This document shows, one piece after another, positions 14,001 to 24,812 of a DNA stretch of 64,000 nt (positions are counted from its first letter, which is position 1; each line of letters starts with the position of its first letter). Source of the DNA: Octopus vulgaris (lineage: Eukaryota); NCBI GenBank assembly GCA_951406725.2, contig OX597831.1:18662001-18726000 (forward strand). Direction: 5' to 3'. The position numbers and the translations under genes were made by a program. The notes beneath the pieces were generated by a model that saw nothing but the letters and a program-made list of their open reading frames with translations, did no database searches and was not told the DNA's origin.

Positions 14001-14374
14001 GTTAACTTTAAAATATTTCAATAAAATCAAACCCGCAAATCAGGAAATGTAATGTTGATTGAAGTACTTTCAAAACCAGCGCTTATTCTTCAATATCATC
14101 ACAGTCACTAGTGTTGTTATAGAGTTTTTGTTTTTTTTATCTTATTTCTTATTCCATCAGTTCGTAACATAGAGAACTTTCAAGAACGTAGAGAACTTTC
14201 AAGTATACAGAATGCATTAGTCTTACATCCTGTTCCTTAACAATTATGGCTGTACTGCTAGACTATAATACTATCATATATACGCACATACATGCACTTA
14301 CATAGACACGCGCGTACACAAGTGAATACACACACACACACACACATATATATGCGTGTATATACACATATATG

Positions 14375-14414
<40 letters not shown>

Positions 14415-14503
14415 AATATAATATATATATATACATATGTATATAAATATATTTGTATTTATATATGTATATATATGTATGTATATACATATATACCTAC
14501 ACG

Positions 14504-14547
<44 letters not shown>

Positions 14548-14934
14548 AAGGCGCATGGCTCCGTGGTTAGAGCATCGATCTTATGATCGAGGGGTTGTGA
14601 GGTCGAATCCTGGACCGGTCTGCACGTTGTGTTGTTGAGCAACTTATTTCATTTCGCGTTCACTCAGCTGTAGAAAAGAGTTGTGACGTCACTGGTGCCG
14701 TGCAGTATCGGCCTTTGTCCCTCCTTTGTGTACGCGAGCGGGTATCTATGTATGTGTATGTATGATAGTCTTATATTCTAGCAATATAGCCATCGTTGGC
14801 GTAGAAAGGAGATGCTGGTATGCTATGCAGGGGCGACTGCTGGTCTTCTATAAGCAAACTTGCCCGGACACGTGCCTCGGAGGGTAACTTTCTGGCTACA
14901 ATCACATGATCATTCTTGACCGAAGTGAGGACAC

Positions 14935-14935
<1 letters not shown>
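14548..14935 (+). mobile_element. tRNA-derived SINE
   Basis: ggcgcatggctccgtggttagagc...ggtcgaatcc A/B-box-like head; embedded in (AT)n. Confidence 0.75.
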
Positions 14936-14999
<64 letters not shown>

Positions 15000-15783
15000 A
15001 TGTGTGTGTGTGTGTATGTGTGTGTGTGTGTGTGTGTGTGTTTGCGTGTGTGTGCTTGCGTGTGTGTGTGTGTGTGTGTTTGCTTGCGGGTATGTAGATA
15101 TATACATGTATAATAGATAAATATGAATTCGGGTGTTGTTTACATTATGTTATATACGGTTCTATAGTTTGGTTAGTTATTTACTAATCAATGTACTATT
15201 ACATCCTATGATCACGTAACCAGACCATTTCACCAGGAGGATTGAACAGGTGATCTGCTACATATGTGGAGGCTTTGTTGATATATACAATGGATTTAGT
15301 GAGTATCTAATATCATAATTTATTTAGTTAAAGCTACATTGCTTGTTTTACTGACTGGTTGATACAAAATAACTTTGGTATTCTTTCTGAAAACCCTATC
15401 TGCTAAATGCACCCTGGAGCGCTACTGATTTAATTGACAGGATCATTGACATTTCCACGTATAGAAACACCCACATACACACATAACGTTCTCGAAGCAT
15501 AGTAGGGACATACGTATGTGTGTGTATACATTTATATCACGTTAACAACTATAACTTAGATTAAACACTGTAATATTTTTGCGTGTTATTAAGTACAGCC
15601 TTGTTTATAACATATAAAATTTGAATTACCAGTCATTGTTAGCGATATTAAAACACCAGCTTCTTGTGTTTGAAGCAACGGCATTAATATTCGGTCAGTA
15701 TTCTAGTGAATTACAAGTAGCGTCCTTGATATTTCTGGAACAATACACACTAGTAACAATTGTTTTATAATAACATCACGTAC

Positions 15784-15825
15784 CTTGATTCCATTAGAAT
15801 AATTGCTCGGGATCATGCATTGAGA
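15784..15825 (-). CDS. Gene A single-Cys exon: SQCMIPSNYSNGIK
   Basis: ttttcag acceptor, AAG|gtacgt donor, 42 nt phase 0-0; downstream sequence homologous to that after exons 50278 and 40821. Confidence 0.65.
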
Positions 15826-15898
15826 CTGAAAATTCAATATTAAATATAAAGCTAAAGTAATAATTGAGGCAGTTCTTTTTCACTTTCATACATACATA

Positions 15899-18800
15899 TA
15901 GTGGTTGTACAAAATAATGGAAACACCTAGCATCATAGCATCATGATTTTGAAATACCTATAAAACCGTCAAAAGCCTATTTATTTTTATGCCTTTTGTG
16001 TTATTATGAGTATTGCTTAATATGTTCTGCTACAATTGTTGTTTCGTTTCAGATATCATCAGAAAAATGTAACTAAAATTCATTAAAATGACAGATCTAT
16101 CAGGCTTACAAATAGGTCAAATTGCAGGTGCTCATATGGCAGGAGCTAGCATAACGAAAACAGCCGAAATATTTGGTGTATCAAGAAGTACTGTCTCGAA
16201 AGTAATGACAGCCATTTGAGAAAGACATCATCGAAACAAAACTCCGGAAGAAAACCAAAACGTTCGGACAAGAATAGTCGGACTCTTACACATATTGTTA
16301 GAAATGATCACAAAATTAAAGCACTCAAAGATACTGCAGAGTTTAATGACCACCTCGGGTTCCCAGTTTTCACAAAAACTAATCGCTGGTAGCTGCACAA
16401 AGCCGGATTTGACGGGAGAGCTGCAAACAGAAAACCACTAATTTCAAAAACAAACGTTGCAAAGCGTTTATAGTGGAGTAAAAACCTATAGAATTGCTCC
16501 CTAGACCAGTAGAACAAATTTAATTTCTCGGACGAGTCATCCTTTACCTTATTTCCGACCACCGGCCGAGTGTACCTGTGGAGACAGCCAAAAGACGCAT
16601 TTGATCCGGACTGCCTTCTTCCAACTGTTAAACATGGAGGAGGATATGTTAGTTAGTTAGTTAGTTAGTTAATTTGGCTCAAAAGCAAATAGCAAGGCCA
16701 TGTATGGGGACATGGGGTTAAGTACAGGGTGGTGTTCATGTAAAGAGTTCAGGCCACTTGAGGAGTGAAGAACAGCTCCTTCGAGAGGTTACACTTCCCG
16801 CTTATGATGTTGTGGGCGAGAATGAGATCACCACGGCGGCGGCGTTTTTCAAGAGAACAAAGGTCGAGCGTACTCAGCCTTTCTTCGTAGGACAAATTTT
16901 TGAGACCATGAACCATGCGGGTAGCCAGCTTCTGGACTCTTTCGAGGTGCTCTATGTCTTTGAGGAGATAAGGAGAAGAGGCTTGAATCCCATACTCCAA
17001 TGTGGGTCTCACCAGCGTGACATAGAGTGGCAGGAATATGGCTGCTGTGAGCATTCCGAATGACCGTCGAATCAAAAACAGAATTCCGCGCGCTTTGTTG
17101 GCAGCATGGACGCACTGGGCCGAAGGCGAAAAGGAGGAATCCACCAAGATACCCAGGTCCTTTACCTGATCGGTCCTCTCCAGCAGCAGACGACCCGGCT
17201 CGAAATCAAGTTGAGTTGCAGGAGTAGAGCCGACAGGCAGATGACAGCACTTTGACACGTTCAGACACAGGTCCCAATCGTTAGACCACTTCCAAATTTG
17301 GTGGAGGCATCGACGAAGATCCTCTATACTACCGCGAGGAGCGACCAGTTTGATATCGTCGGCAAATAGAAGGGTGTGTTGCGTGAGGTCGTCGGGCAAG
17401 TCATTTATGAAGACTAAGAACAACAAGGGCCCAAGCACTGAACCTTGAGGCACGCCACTGCTCGCACTGGAGACGTCGGACCGCGAACCATTAACTTGAA
17501 CTCTGAAGAAGCGATCTGAGGAAGGCACCAACCCATCGTACAATATCCGGATGGAAACTATATGCTTGAAGCTTGACAAGTAGTAGGCGGTGGTTTACCG
17601 AGTCAAAAGCTTTGGCAAAGTCCAATAAAACGATGTCAACAGCATCACTATCATCGAGGATGCGCGTCACCAATTCTTCCATTACTAGTAAGTTGCTCAA
17701 GCATGATCTCTTCGGCACGAAGCCGTGTTGAGAATCAGTGATCGAGGCTGTGTTTAGGAGGTGGAGCATCATACTTTTCTTAAGGATGGTTTCGAACATC
17801 TTGCTGATTATTGATGTAAGGGAAACCGGTCGGTAGTTAAGCGGGTCTTCGCGGCTCCCTTTCTTGAAAATTGGGCAGATTATCGCTGTTCTCCAGTCTG
17901 CAGGTATAACACCCGTCGCCAATGACATATTGAATAGTCGTGTTAAGGGCTCGCAGATGACCGGAGCCAACGCTTTGATAACCCGTGGGTGTATGCCGTC
18001 AGGGCCGTGACCCTTGTTGACATCGATGCCTTGAATAACACGTTTGCCTTGGTCCCGCGTGGTGATCAATCGAAGCATTGGAGGTACCGATCTATCAAAT
18101 GGAGGGGGTTCACGGCCATCATCTTGTTTGAAAATAGTTGAAAAAGCCTCGGCAAATAATTGACTCTGTTGATAAGGGTCCTCAATCGATACGCCTGTTG
18201 AGTCTACCAACGTTGCAATCTGGTTGTTCAAGCGGGAATTCCGCTGGACTTGGGCAAAGAAGGTTTTTGGATTGCTACTGGCATTTGCCGCGATTTTGTA
18301 TTCATAACTGAAGCGTTCTTTCTTTTCAATTTTCACGGCTCGGTCTCGTTGAGTTTTGTACACCTCAAAAGCTGCAGTCGAATCCAGATTTTTGAATTCA
18401 GCCCAAGCAATATCTCTGAGTCGACGTTCTCGTTTAACCTTCTTCGTCACCCAGGGCTTGTGTTTCTTCCTCTTGGGAAGTCCAACGGGAACTGCCTGGT
18501 CAGTCAAACAGATTACATATGCTTTGAGGGATGACCATAGTTCGTCAACTGAGGACAATGTCATCAGGGAATGCCAGTCCAGAAGCGCGGAAGCCTCTGT
18601 TAGAATTTCAAGATTAATTGCAGAGAAGACTCTACGTGGCAGCGAAGTAATCGTGGGCGTGGAAAAAGTTGTGTGCATGACGAACTTCAGGACCGCATGA
18701 TCACTCTTGGCAAGAGGGGTGCACATAGATACGTCTGACACTGATCTTGGATAGCGGGAGAATACCAGATCTAGCATAGATGGCTGCTGCCCAGACCGAT

Positions 18801-20576
18801 GCCTTGTCGGATATTCAACATGTTGCGATAGAAAACAATCTTCAGCCACGTCAAGAAGGGCCTGGCCGAACCGGGAAGATGTTGTACAAATTGATGCGGG
18901 CCAATCGATCGTGGGAGCGTTGAAGTCGCCTAGTACCAAGCAGTCATGCGAAGTTGAAACGAATCTTATCGCTTCGAGTAGATGAGCATCGTCCTGGGGG
19001 TTGGCTAGAGGCGGCCTGTAGACAGCCAACACGGGCAGGCAAAACTCAGATAGGCTCAGCTTGCAATAGACGGCATCGAATTTGGTTGTAGGTTGAGCAT
19101 TAGTGGGTAGAATACCGTAGGACGGTTTGTGCTCAGACTTAACATACACAGCAACACCTCCACCTCGCCTTTTTCCTCTGTCACATCTGAAAAGGACGTA
19201 GCCCTGCAGGTGGATCTCTGAGTCCTTTACTGCTGGAGTCAGCCAAGTCTCGGTGATAGCTATCACATCAGGGGAGTCGCGTAGGGCCAGTGTAAATAGT
19301 TCACTGAACTTTGGGAATAAGGAGCACGAGTTGGTGTAGACGATGCTGAGCTGTGAAATCTGAGGGGCGGGAGTTGGGGAACAAGCAGAATAAAGGGCAT
19401 CAGAGATAGCATCGTTGACGGGGGTATCAACTTCACTTCGATTTGCCCTCACATCACTTTCCCTGTCAGCACTACAGCATGGGACCAGAGGTAGGACTTG
19501 ATTATCTGTCCATCTTGGATTCGTAACCCTTCTCTCCCATTTGTTTCCTCATCTTTAGCTCGGATATCAGGTTCCTCCGGCGAATTCTCTCTCTTAGTGA
19601 GTATTCCTCGCGAAAACCCATATTGGGGTCTTCCCAGGCATGCGTCTGAGCTCTGTTCAGAAAGACTGAAGCCTCCCGATCAGAAGAAAAGATTACCCTT
19701 ATTGGGCGTTGTCTAGTATCTGCGGTTGGGTTCGCTTGGAATCTTCCTAGCCGAGCGACCTTAAGAACACTGACATTTTCGTTCACAGAGAACAATTTTC
19801 CAACCAAAACGGAAACAAAATTAATGTCATCTTTTAGGCGGTTTATGCCTGTATCACAGGTGGATTCAGCCTTGCCATATATTATTGCCGATCTTGAGTG
19901 GGCAAAAAGTTCTCTACTATGAGCTGCGGTATTCGATTCTTCATTGGAGGAATTTGAAAGGGTGGTTTCATAGCCATCGGACTTATGTCGGCCTGTGGGG
20001 TCGATCGGAATGGATTTAGTGGTCATAATTTTCCCGCCTGGTTTGGAACTGCACTGCCTCTTCATCTGTGATGATCCGGGGGCTATATCTTGGAAATCCG
20101 TCGGCTCAGTGGTTACCCATCGTGGCAGAATTAATAGTGAAGTCTAATTAAGCATTTTATCTGATGAAATTCATCATATTGTTGCGGAACTGTTTCTGGA
20201 GAGAAACACAATCTTTCAGGATGATAATGCGCAAATTGATACAGGTAAGTTTGTTGCTAAATGACACGAGGAACATCCTAGTGAGGTTGAACATCTTATC
20301 CGGCAACCACAGTCCCCAGATCGCAATATTATCGAACATTTCTGGTGCATTATAAAAAGAAAAACCAAGTATGGTGTCGATACACTCTTCTATCATCACT
20401 ACAAGAGCTGGAGACTGTTTAACTGAAGACCGGACAAAAATCCCTTCCGAAAAAATTCAAACATTGTACGAGTCCATAGAATTCAAGCTGTAATTTCTGC
20501 AAAGGCGGTCCTACACCATATTAAAATAAATAAGTTTGAAATTTTAAGGTGTTTCCATTATTTTGTTGAACGCCTG
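15899..20576 (+). mobile_element. Tc1-like transposon split by a LINE insertion
   Basis: TIR core acaaaataatggaaacacct at both ends; transposase from ATG 16088 (MTDLS..., FSDESSF, VKHGGG) resumes at ~20064 (SVMIRGAISW, FQDDNA, PQSPDRNIIEHFW). Confidence 0.9.
16649..20063 (-). mobile_element. Young CR1-group LINE (partial ORF1 + ORF2 APE-RT with one frameshift) nested in Tc1
   Basis: ORFs 19502-20065, 17491-19452 (ITETWL, LGDFNAP, SDH, GPDG, QHGF, LDFAKAFDSV) and 16749-17579 (GVPQGSVLGP, FADD); (ctaa)n tail; approximate at(a/c)tgt duplication at the junctions. Confidence 0.95.
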
Positions 20577-20634
20577 TGTATACATATATGCATATATATT
20601 TATTGTGTATATGTGCCTCTGTGTGTGCTTAGAT

Positions 20635-20709
<75 letters not shown>

Positions 20710-21927
20710 CAGGTAAACAGGCAGACAAATAGATAGATAGGTAGGTAGAGTGAGAGAGAGATTGGTTTGATGGTTGATTGATTGATTGATTGATTGATTG
20801 TTTGACTGATTATTTGATAAGACAGATTGCAAGTGAAGAGTTAAGAAATTATGTTGTGAAGAGTCAACTTCAAAGAACGATGCGTATGGTTTAACGCTTT
20901 TAATGTTTTAATTAGAAAAACAGGAACGATCACTGAAAGAGGCAGGACTGATGTTGTCTGTTGAAGGAAGCAGTTACAGAATACATTACAAAATTAAAAA
21001 TACATAAATAAGAATGAAAGGGAGAGTATGAAAGGGTGGAAAGAAGGAAAAAAAAACTATGAGATAGAGCAAGGAGATAAAGTATTATGAAGACTGTGCA
21101 TATAGCAGTCGTATGGAAGCAGATACTGATTAAACGAAAGCTGGTGATTTGAACAGGTTGGGCTTATACATTTTACAAGGATGAAATCCTGTTCACTGTG
21201 GTAGCGGAAATCAAGATATCCGTTATCCTAGGTCAAGTTAAAGATGGAGATTTAATGAAATGTGTGGTCGTTGGTGCAAAAAAGTTAAGCAACTGGTGAG
21301 CCGCAATAAATCTGATGTATTTGAGCACTTCAAGTGAGGAGTGTAAAACAATTAACAATGAAATGTCTAGATGAAGGAGCTAAAGATGACAAGAAAATGA
21401 ACTTTAAAATGCGAAGTGCAGGGTCGGTGAGAGATCAAGGGTAAAATATGCCTGCGTGAGATGAACGGCGAAATGTTTCTCGGTGAAGACTGTTGTATGC
21501 CTATAAAGATAATAAAGATGCAGTTTGGTGTTAGTGTGGCAACTGCACACAGAATAACCCCCTGTGAAGATTTGAATATACGCAAAATATGTTTCATGCA
21601 CCTTTCACTGGTTCAATACCGTTAATTGTAACAAGTGCCTTAAAATTAGTGGATATTACTTTGAAAGGGTTTGGTGTATTTCTAATTTGAAATTAATAAA
21701 TGTCTCTCCTGAAAATGCCAAAAATTCCTGGAATGTCCATTGCTTACTCATTGTTGCTCTGCATTTGATTACATTACAAATCTTGTGCAACGGTGATCAT
21801 ATTACGTGTAATCTAACGAATTATTATCAGCTGTTTTCCTGCACACACTGCATGACTCTTTCCACGAGAGTATCAGAGTCCTCCCTCAATTCATCTAAAA
21901 AAAGTGCATAGTTAATGCTAAGATTAC

Positions 21928-21987
21928 ACTCAGAACTTCTTCATTCTCAGCGTTGTTTCTATGGGTAGAATTTCTTCTATAAATGGC
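21928..21987 (-). CDS. Gene A dibasic-site exon: AIYRRNSTHRNNAENEEVLS
   Basis: tatag acceptor, gtaatc donor, 60 nt phase 0-0; position and flank homologous to KRSP exons of gene B. Confidence 0.55.
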
Positions 21988-22936
21988 CTATAATCTATGC
22001 CATAAAGCTAAGTATTTTGTCCGTAGGTTACTCGAGGGTAATGGTCTCAAAATCCACCATATAGAGAAGCCATATGTGAAAGATGAGTGGGAATACAACG
22101 GACCTTCCCTGATACATACTTGCACTCTAAACTCACTGTAAACACAGACTTTACTATCACTATCTCTGTACATCTCTCACCTTCAATCAACTTATGTATA
22201 TTGTAGAAAATATGTTAATTAATAAAATGGTATTCGCATAAAACCATTTTCTGTTTCGACAAAACAGGATACAGTCTTACATTTAGAAACGGTTGATGCA
22301 TTTGTTTCACTAGAATTAGAGTTTTAATGACACTGTACATGAGAACATTTCATCACAGCAGTTTCGCTTCCGAATAAGTTTGCTATGATACTTTCTCTAA
22401 CTTTCAGACCTTGAACCTAGAGTTTTCTATCACTATCGATACTTCCATACAGAATACCTTCAATCCTCTTCTAGCAGTTAGAGACCTTAGAGGTTAAGGA
22501 GAATAAGATGCTATGCCAGTATTCATGTAAGAAACGTACCTCATCTTCAGAATCAATGATATTCTCTCTCATTCCAAGAACCCATTCCATAATGCAATAT
22601 AATTATCATGCTGAATATTTTTATTACAGTTTCCACCTATTGTAATCTTATTAGTGTCGCTAGATTGTAATCATACAACCTCCTTTTCCCCATCCATCTG
22701 CCCACTTAAATTTTATATATCCTCGTTTATGCGAATATGATGTCTACCATCTTTACAACAATTATGTTATGCATCAGAAACCAGCAGCTACTACACATAC
22801 ACGATGAGTTACGCATACCAGTGTTCTTTGCCTGTGAAGATCGTATGACTCATGTTATTGCTTGCACACTACACACACTTACACGTATTTAGGATTTCAC
22901 CAGCTCTATCCTCATTAAAAAGAAAATATGCATTAC

Positions 22937-22987
22937 CGAACGTCTCCTGCGCGGTTCTCCAACATGTAGACCTTCATTTGCTCCGAC
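22937..22987 (-). CDS. Gene A polybasic exon: VGANEGLHVGEPRRRRS
   Basis: cctttcag acceptor, TCG|gtaatg donor, 51 nt phase 0-0; encodes an RRRR furin-type site. Confidence 0.55.
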
Positions 22988-23047
22988 CTGAAAGGAAATG
23001 TACAAAATATGTGTATGTGAGTGTGCGCAAACACACACGTGCATATG

Positions 23048-23094
<47 letters not shown>

Positions 23095-23096
<2 letters not shown>

Positions 23097-23397
23097 TGAT
23101 CACGTGACCGACCAGATCATCAGATGTTGTTACACATCGCTGGTCAAAATGCGTTCGCATTGTTTTAGCCTTCGAATGACGCCACCCCGCTGGCTAAGCG
23201 AGCAGGCCAACTGAAGGAAGAGTAGGAGAAAGAGTGGTGAAAGAGTACTGCAGGGATTACCCCCTCCCCTGCCGGACCGTCGTGGAGCTTTTTAGGTGTT
23301 TTCGCTCAATAAACACTCACAAAGCCCGGTCTGGGAATCGAAACCGCGATCCTACGACCGCGAGTCCGGTGCCCTAACCACTGGGTCACTGCGCCTC

Positions 23398-23400
<3 letters not shown>
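23095..23400 (-). mobile_element. tRNA-derived SINE (related head at ~40296-40400 +)
   Basis: Minus strand gtggaggcgcagtgacccagtggttagggc...ggtttcgattccc head. Confidence 0.75.
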
Positions 23401-23428
<28 letters not shown>

Positions 23429-23575
23429 GCATGCCATCACATCATTAATGTCCGAATTTTACACAAAGGAAGTGATCTGATTTTACATTTTAATAAAATG
23501 TTATCCTGTAGAGAATTCCTATCTTTATCGATGACCTCCCTTCATCTACTCAGCGGTTTTTAAAATTCCATTGGG

Positions 23576-23608
<33 letters not shown>

Positions 23609-23610
23609 TT

Positions 23611-24403
23611 TAAGTAGTTGAATTAATTATCTTAGTATGGATAATTTTGTTAACCGATACCTGGGTTGCAAATTCACGTTAGAAAAACACGGTTGAAGCT
23701 ACATGCCAATGGCAGAGATCACGTGCTTTCGTGTGGAAATTTGTGTGTTTTTTAAATACAAAAAAAATGAAAGAATGGAGTTGAACGACGATTTAACAAA
23801 ATTCCTTTATTCTCGATACATGTTTCGAAGGTTGCATATTCCTAATTTCGAAGGAATAAGGGGTGCATTATGCCGCCTTCTCATCGTAAACACAATCAAA
23901 CACACAGACACAAACCTGTCACTTCACCACTGTTTGTTTTTGGCATCTACCCAACCACACACACAATCACGCACACACATACACACACATAGACACGAAT
24001 GCAGTTATATACATACACACACATAGGCACTCAATCACAAAAGCAAACAACACATCACCATTCATATGACTTGCACCCTATCACCTTCCTATTCTTAGAT
24101 CTCTCCCCTCCAACCTTGTTTGAACCCTTGAACTTTCTAGAATCTTCTACATTCAACCATTTTTGACGTCACTGCTTCTAACGGAATATTTTAAAGAGAC
24201 ACTCATTATCGCTATGGGCTCCATGTGGGCAGTCATCTAATAGTTTTTGTTCATCTTGATGCTGACATAAGTTCCTTGTTTTCCCTGATGAGAAGGCGGC
24301 ATAATGCACCCCTTATTCCTTCGAAATTAGGAATATGCAGCCTTCGAAACATATGTCGAGAATAAAGGAATTTTGTTAAATCGTCGTTCAACTCCATTCT
24401 TTC

Positions 24404-24406
<3 letters not shown>
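23611..24406 (+). mobile_element. Penelope-like 3' fragment with inverted pseudo-LTR
   Basis: 23767-23886 is an inverted near-identical copy of ~24287-24405; hammerhead in the plus copy; (AT)n on both sides. Confidence 0.7.
24272..24370 (+). ncRNA. Type I hammerhead ribozyme with long stem II
   Basis: CTGATGA(24285)-gaaggc.gcata...tatgc.gccttc-GAAAC-atat-GTC(24357); bulged stem I ttccttgttttcc/gagaataaaggaa. Confidence 0.82.
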
Positions 24407-24457
<51 letters not shown>

Positions 24458-24463
<6 letters not shown>

Positions 24464-24812
24464 GGTTGCTTGACCGCATACCGAAAAAATAGAAATAGCA
24501 GTCAAGAATGCTTATTTCTATCAAAGTTGGACTCCAGGCATGACAGACCCTGTAATTCACATATGCAAAACAGAAGGAATAGATAACGAATACGAAGTCT
24601 GGCGGTTATCTGTGAACATCATGTTTCTGGATTATAAACATATTGAATATATATTCCATATATTTTTGAAATATATTTCATATATATTGCATATATATTT
24701 CACATCCTTCTTCAGCACAGCTTTCCATTGAAAAAGATTTATCATAGATTTATCAAATGCTACGTACCTCAAACCTTCTGACCATGCGACATCAAAATAT
24801 TTGAAGAGAGCA
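24458..24812 (-). repeat. Inverted partial copy of the 620-bp unit (hammerhead on minus strand at 24610-24720)
   Basis: Reverse complement of unit sequence directly abutting the array. Confidence 0.92.

Noticed and set aside
14548-14620. tRNA genes at SINE heads
   Set aside because: A/B boxes continue into SINE bodies and no full cloverleaf is seen.
24458-24510. AAATAGGTTGCTT resemblance to a pistol ribozyme
   Set aside because: Other copies read AAACAGG, and the required P1 stem and pseudoknot were not found.
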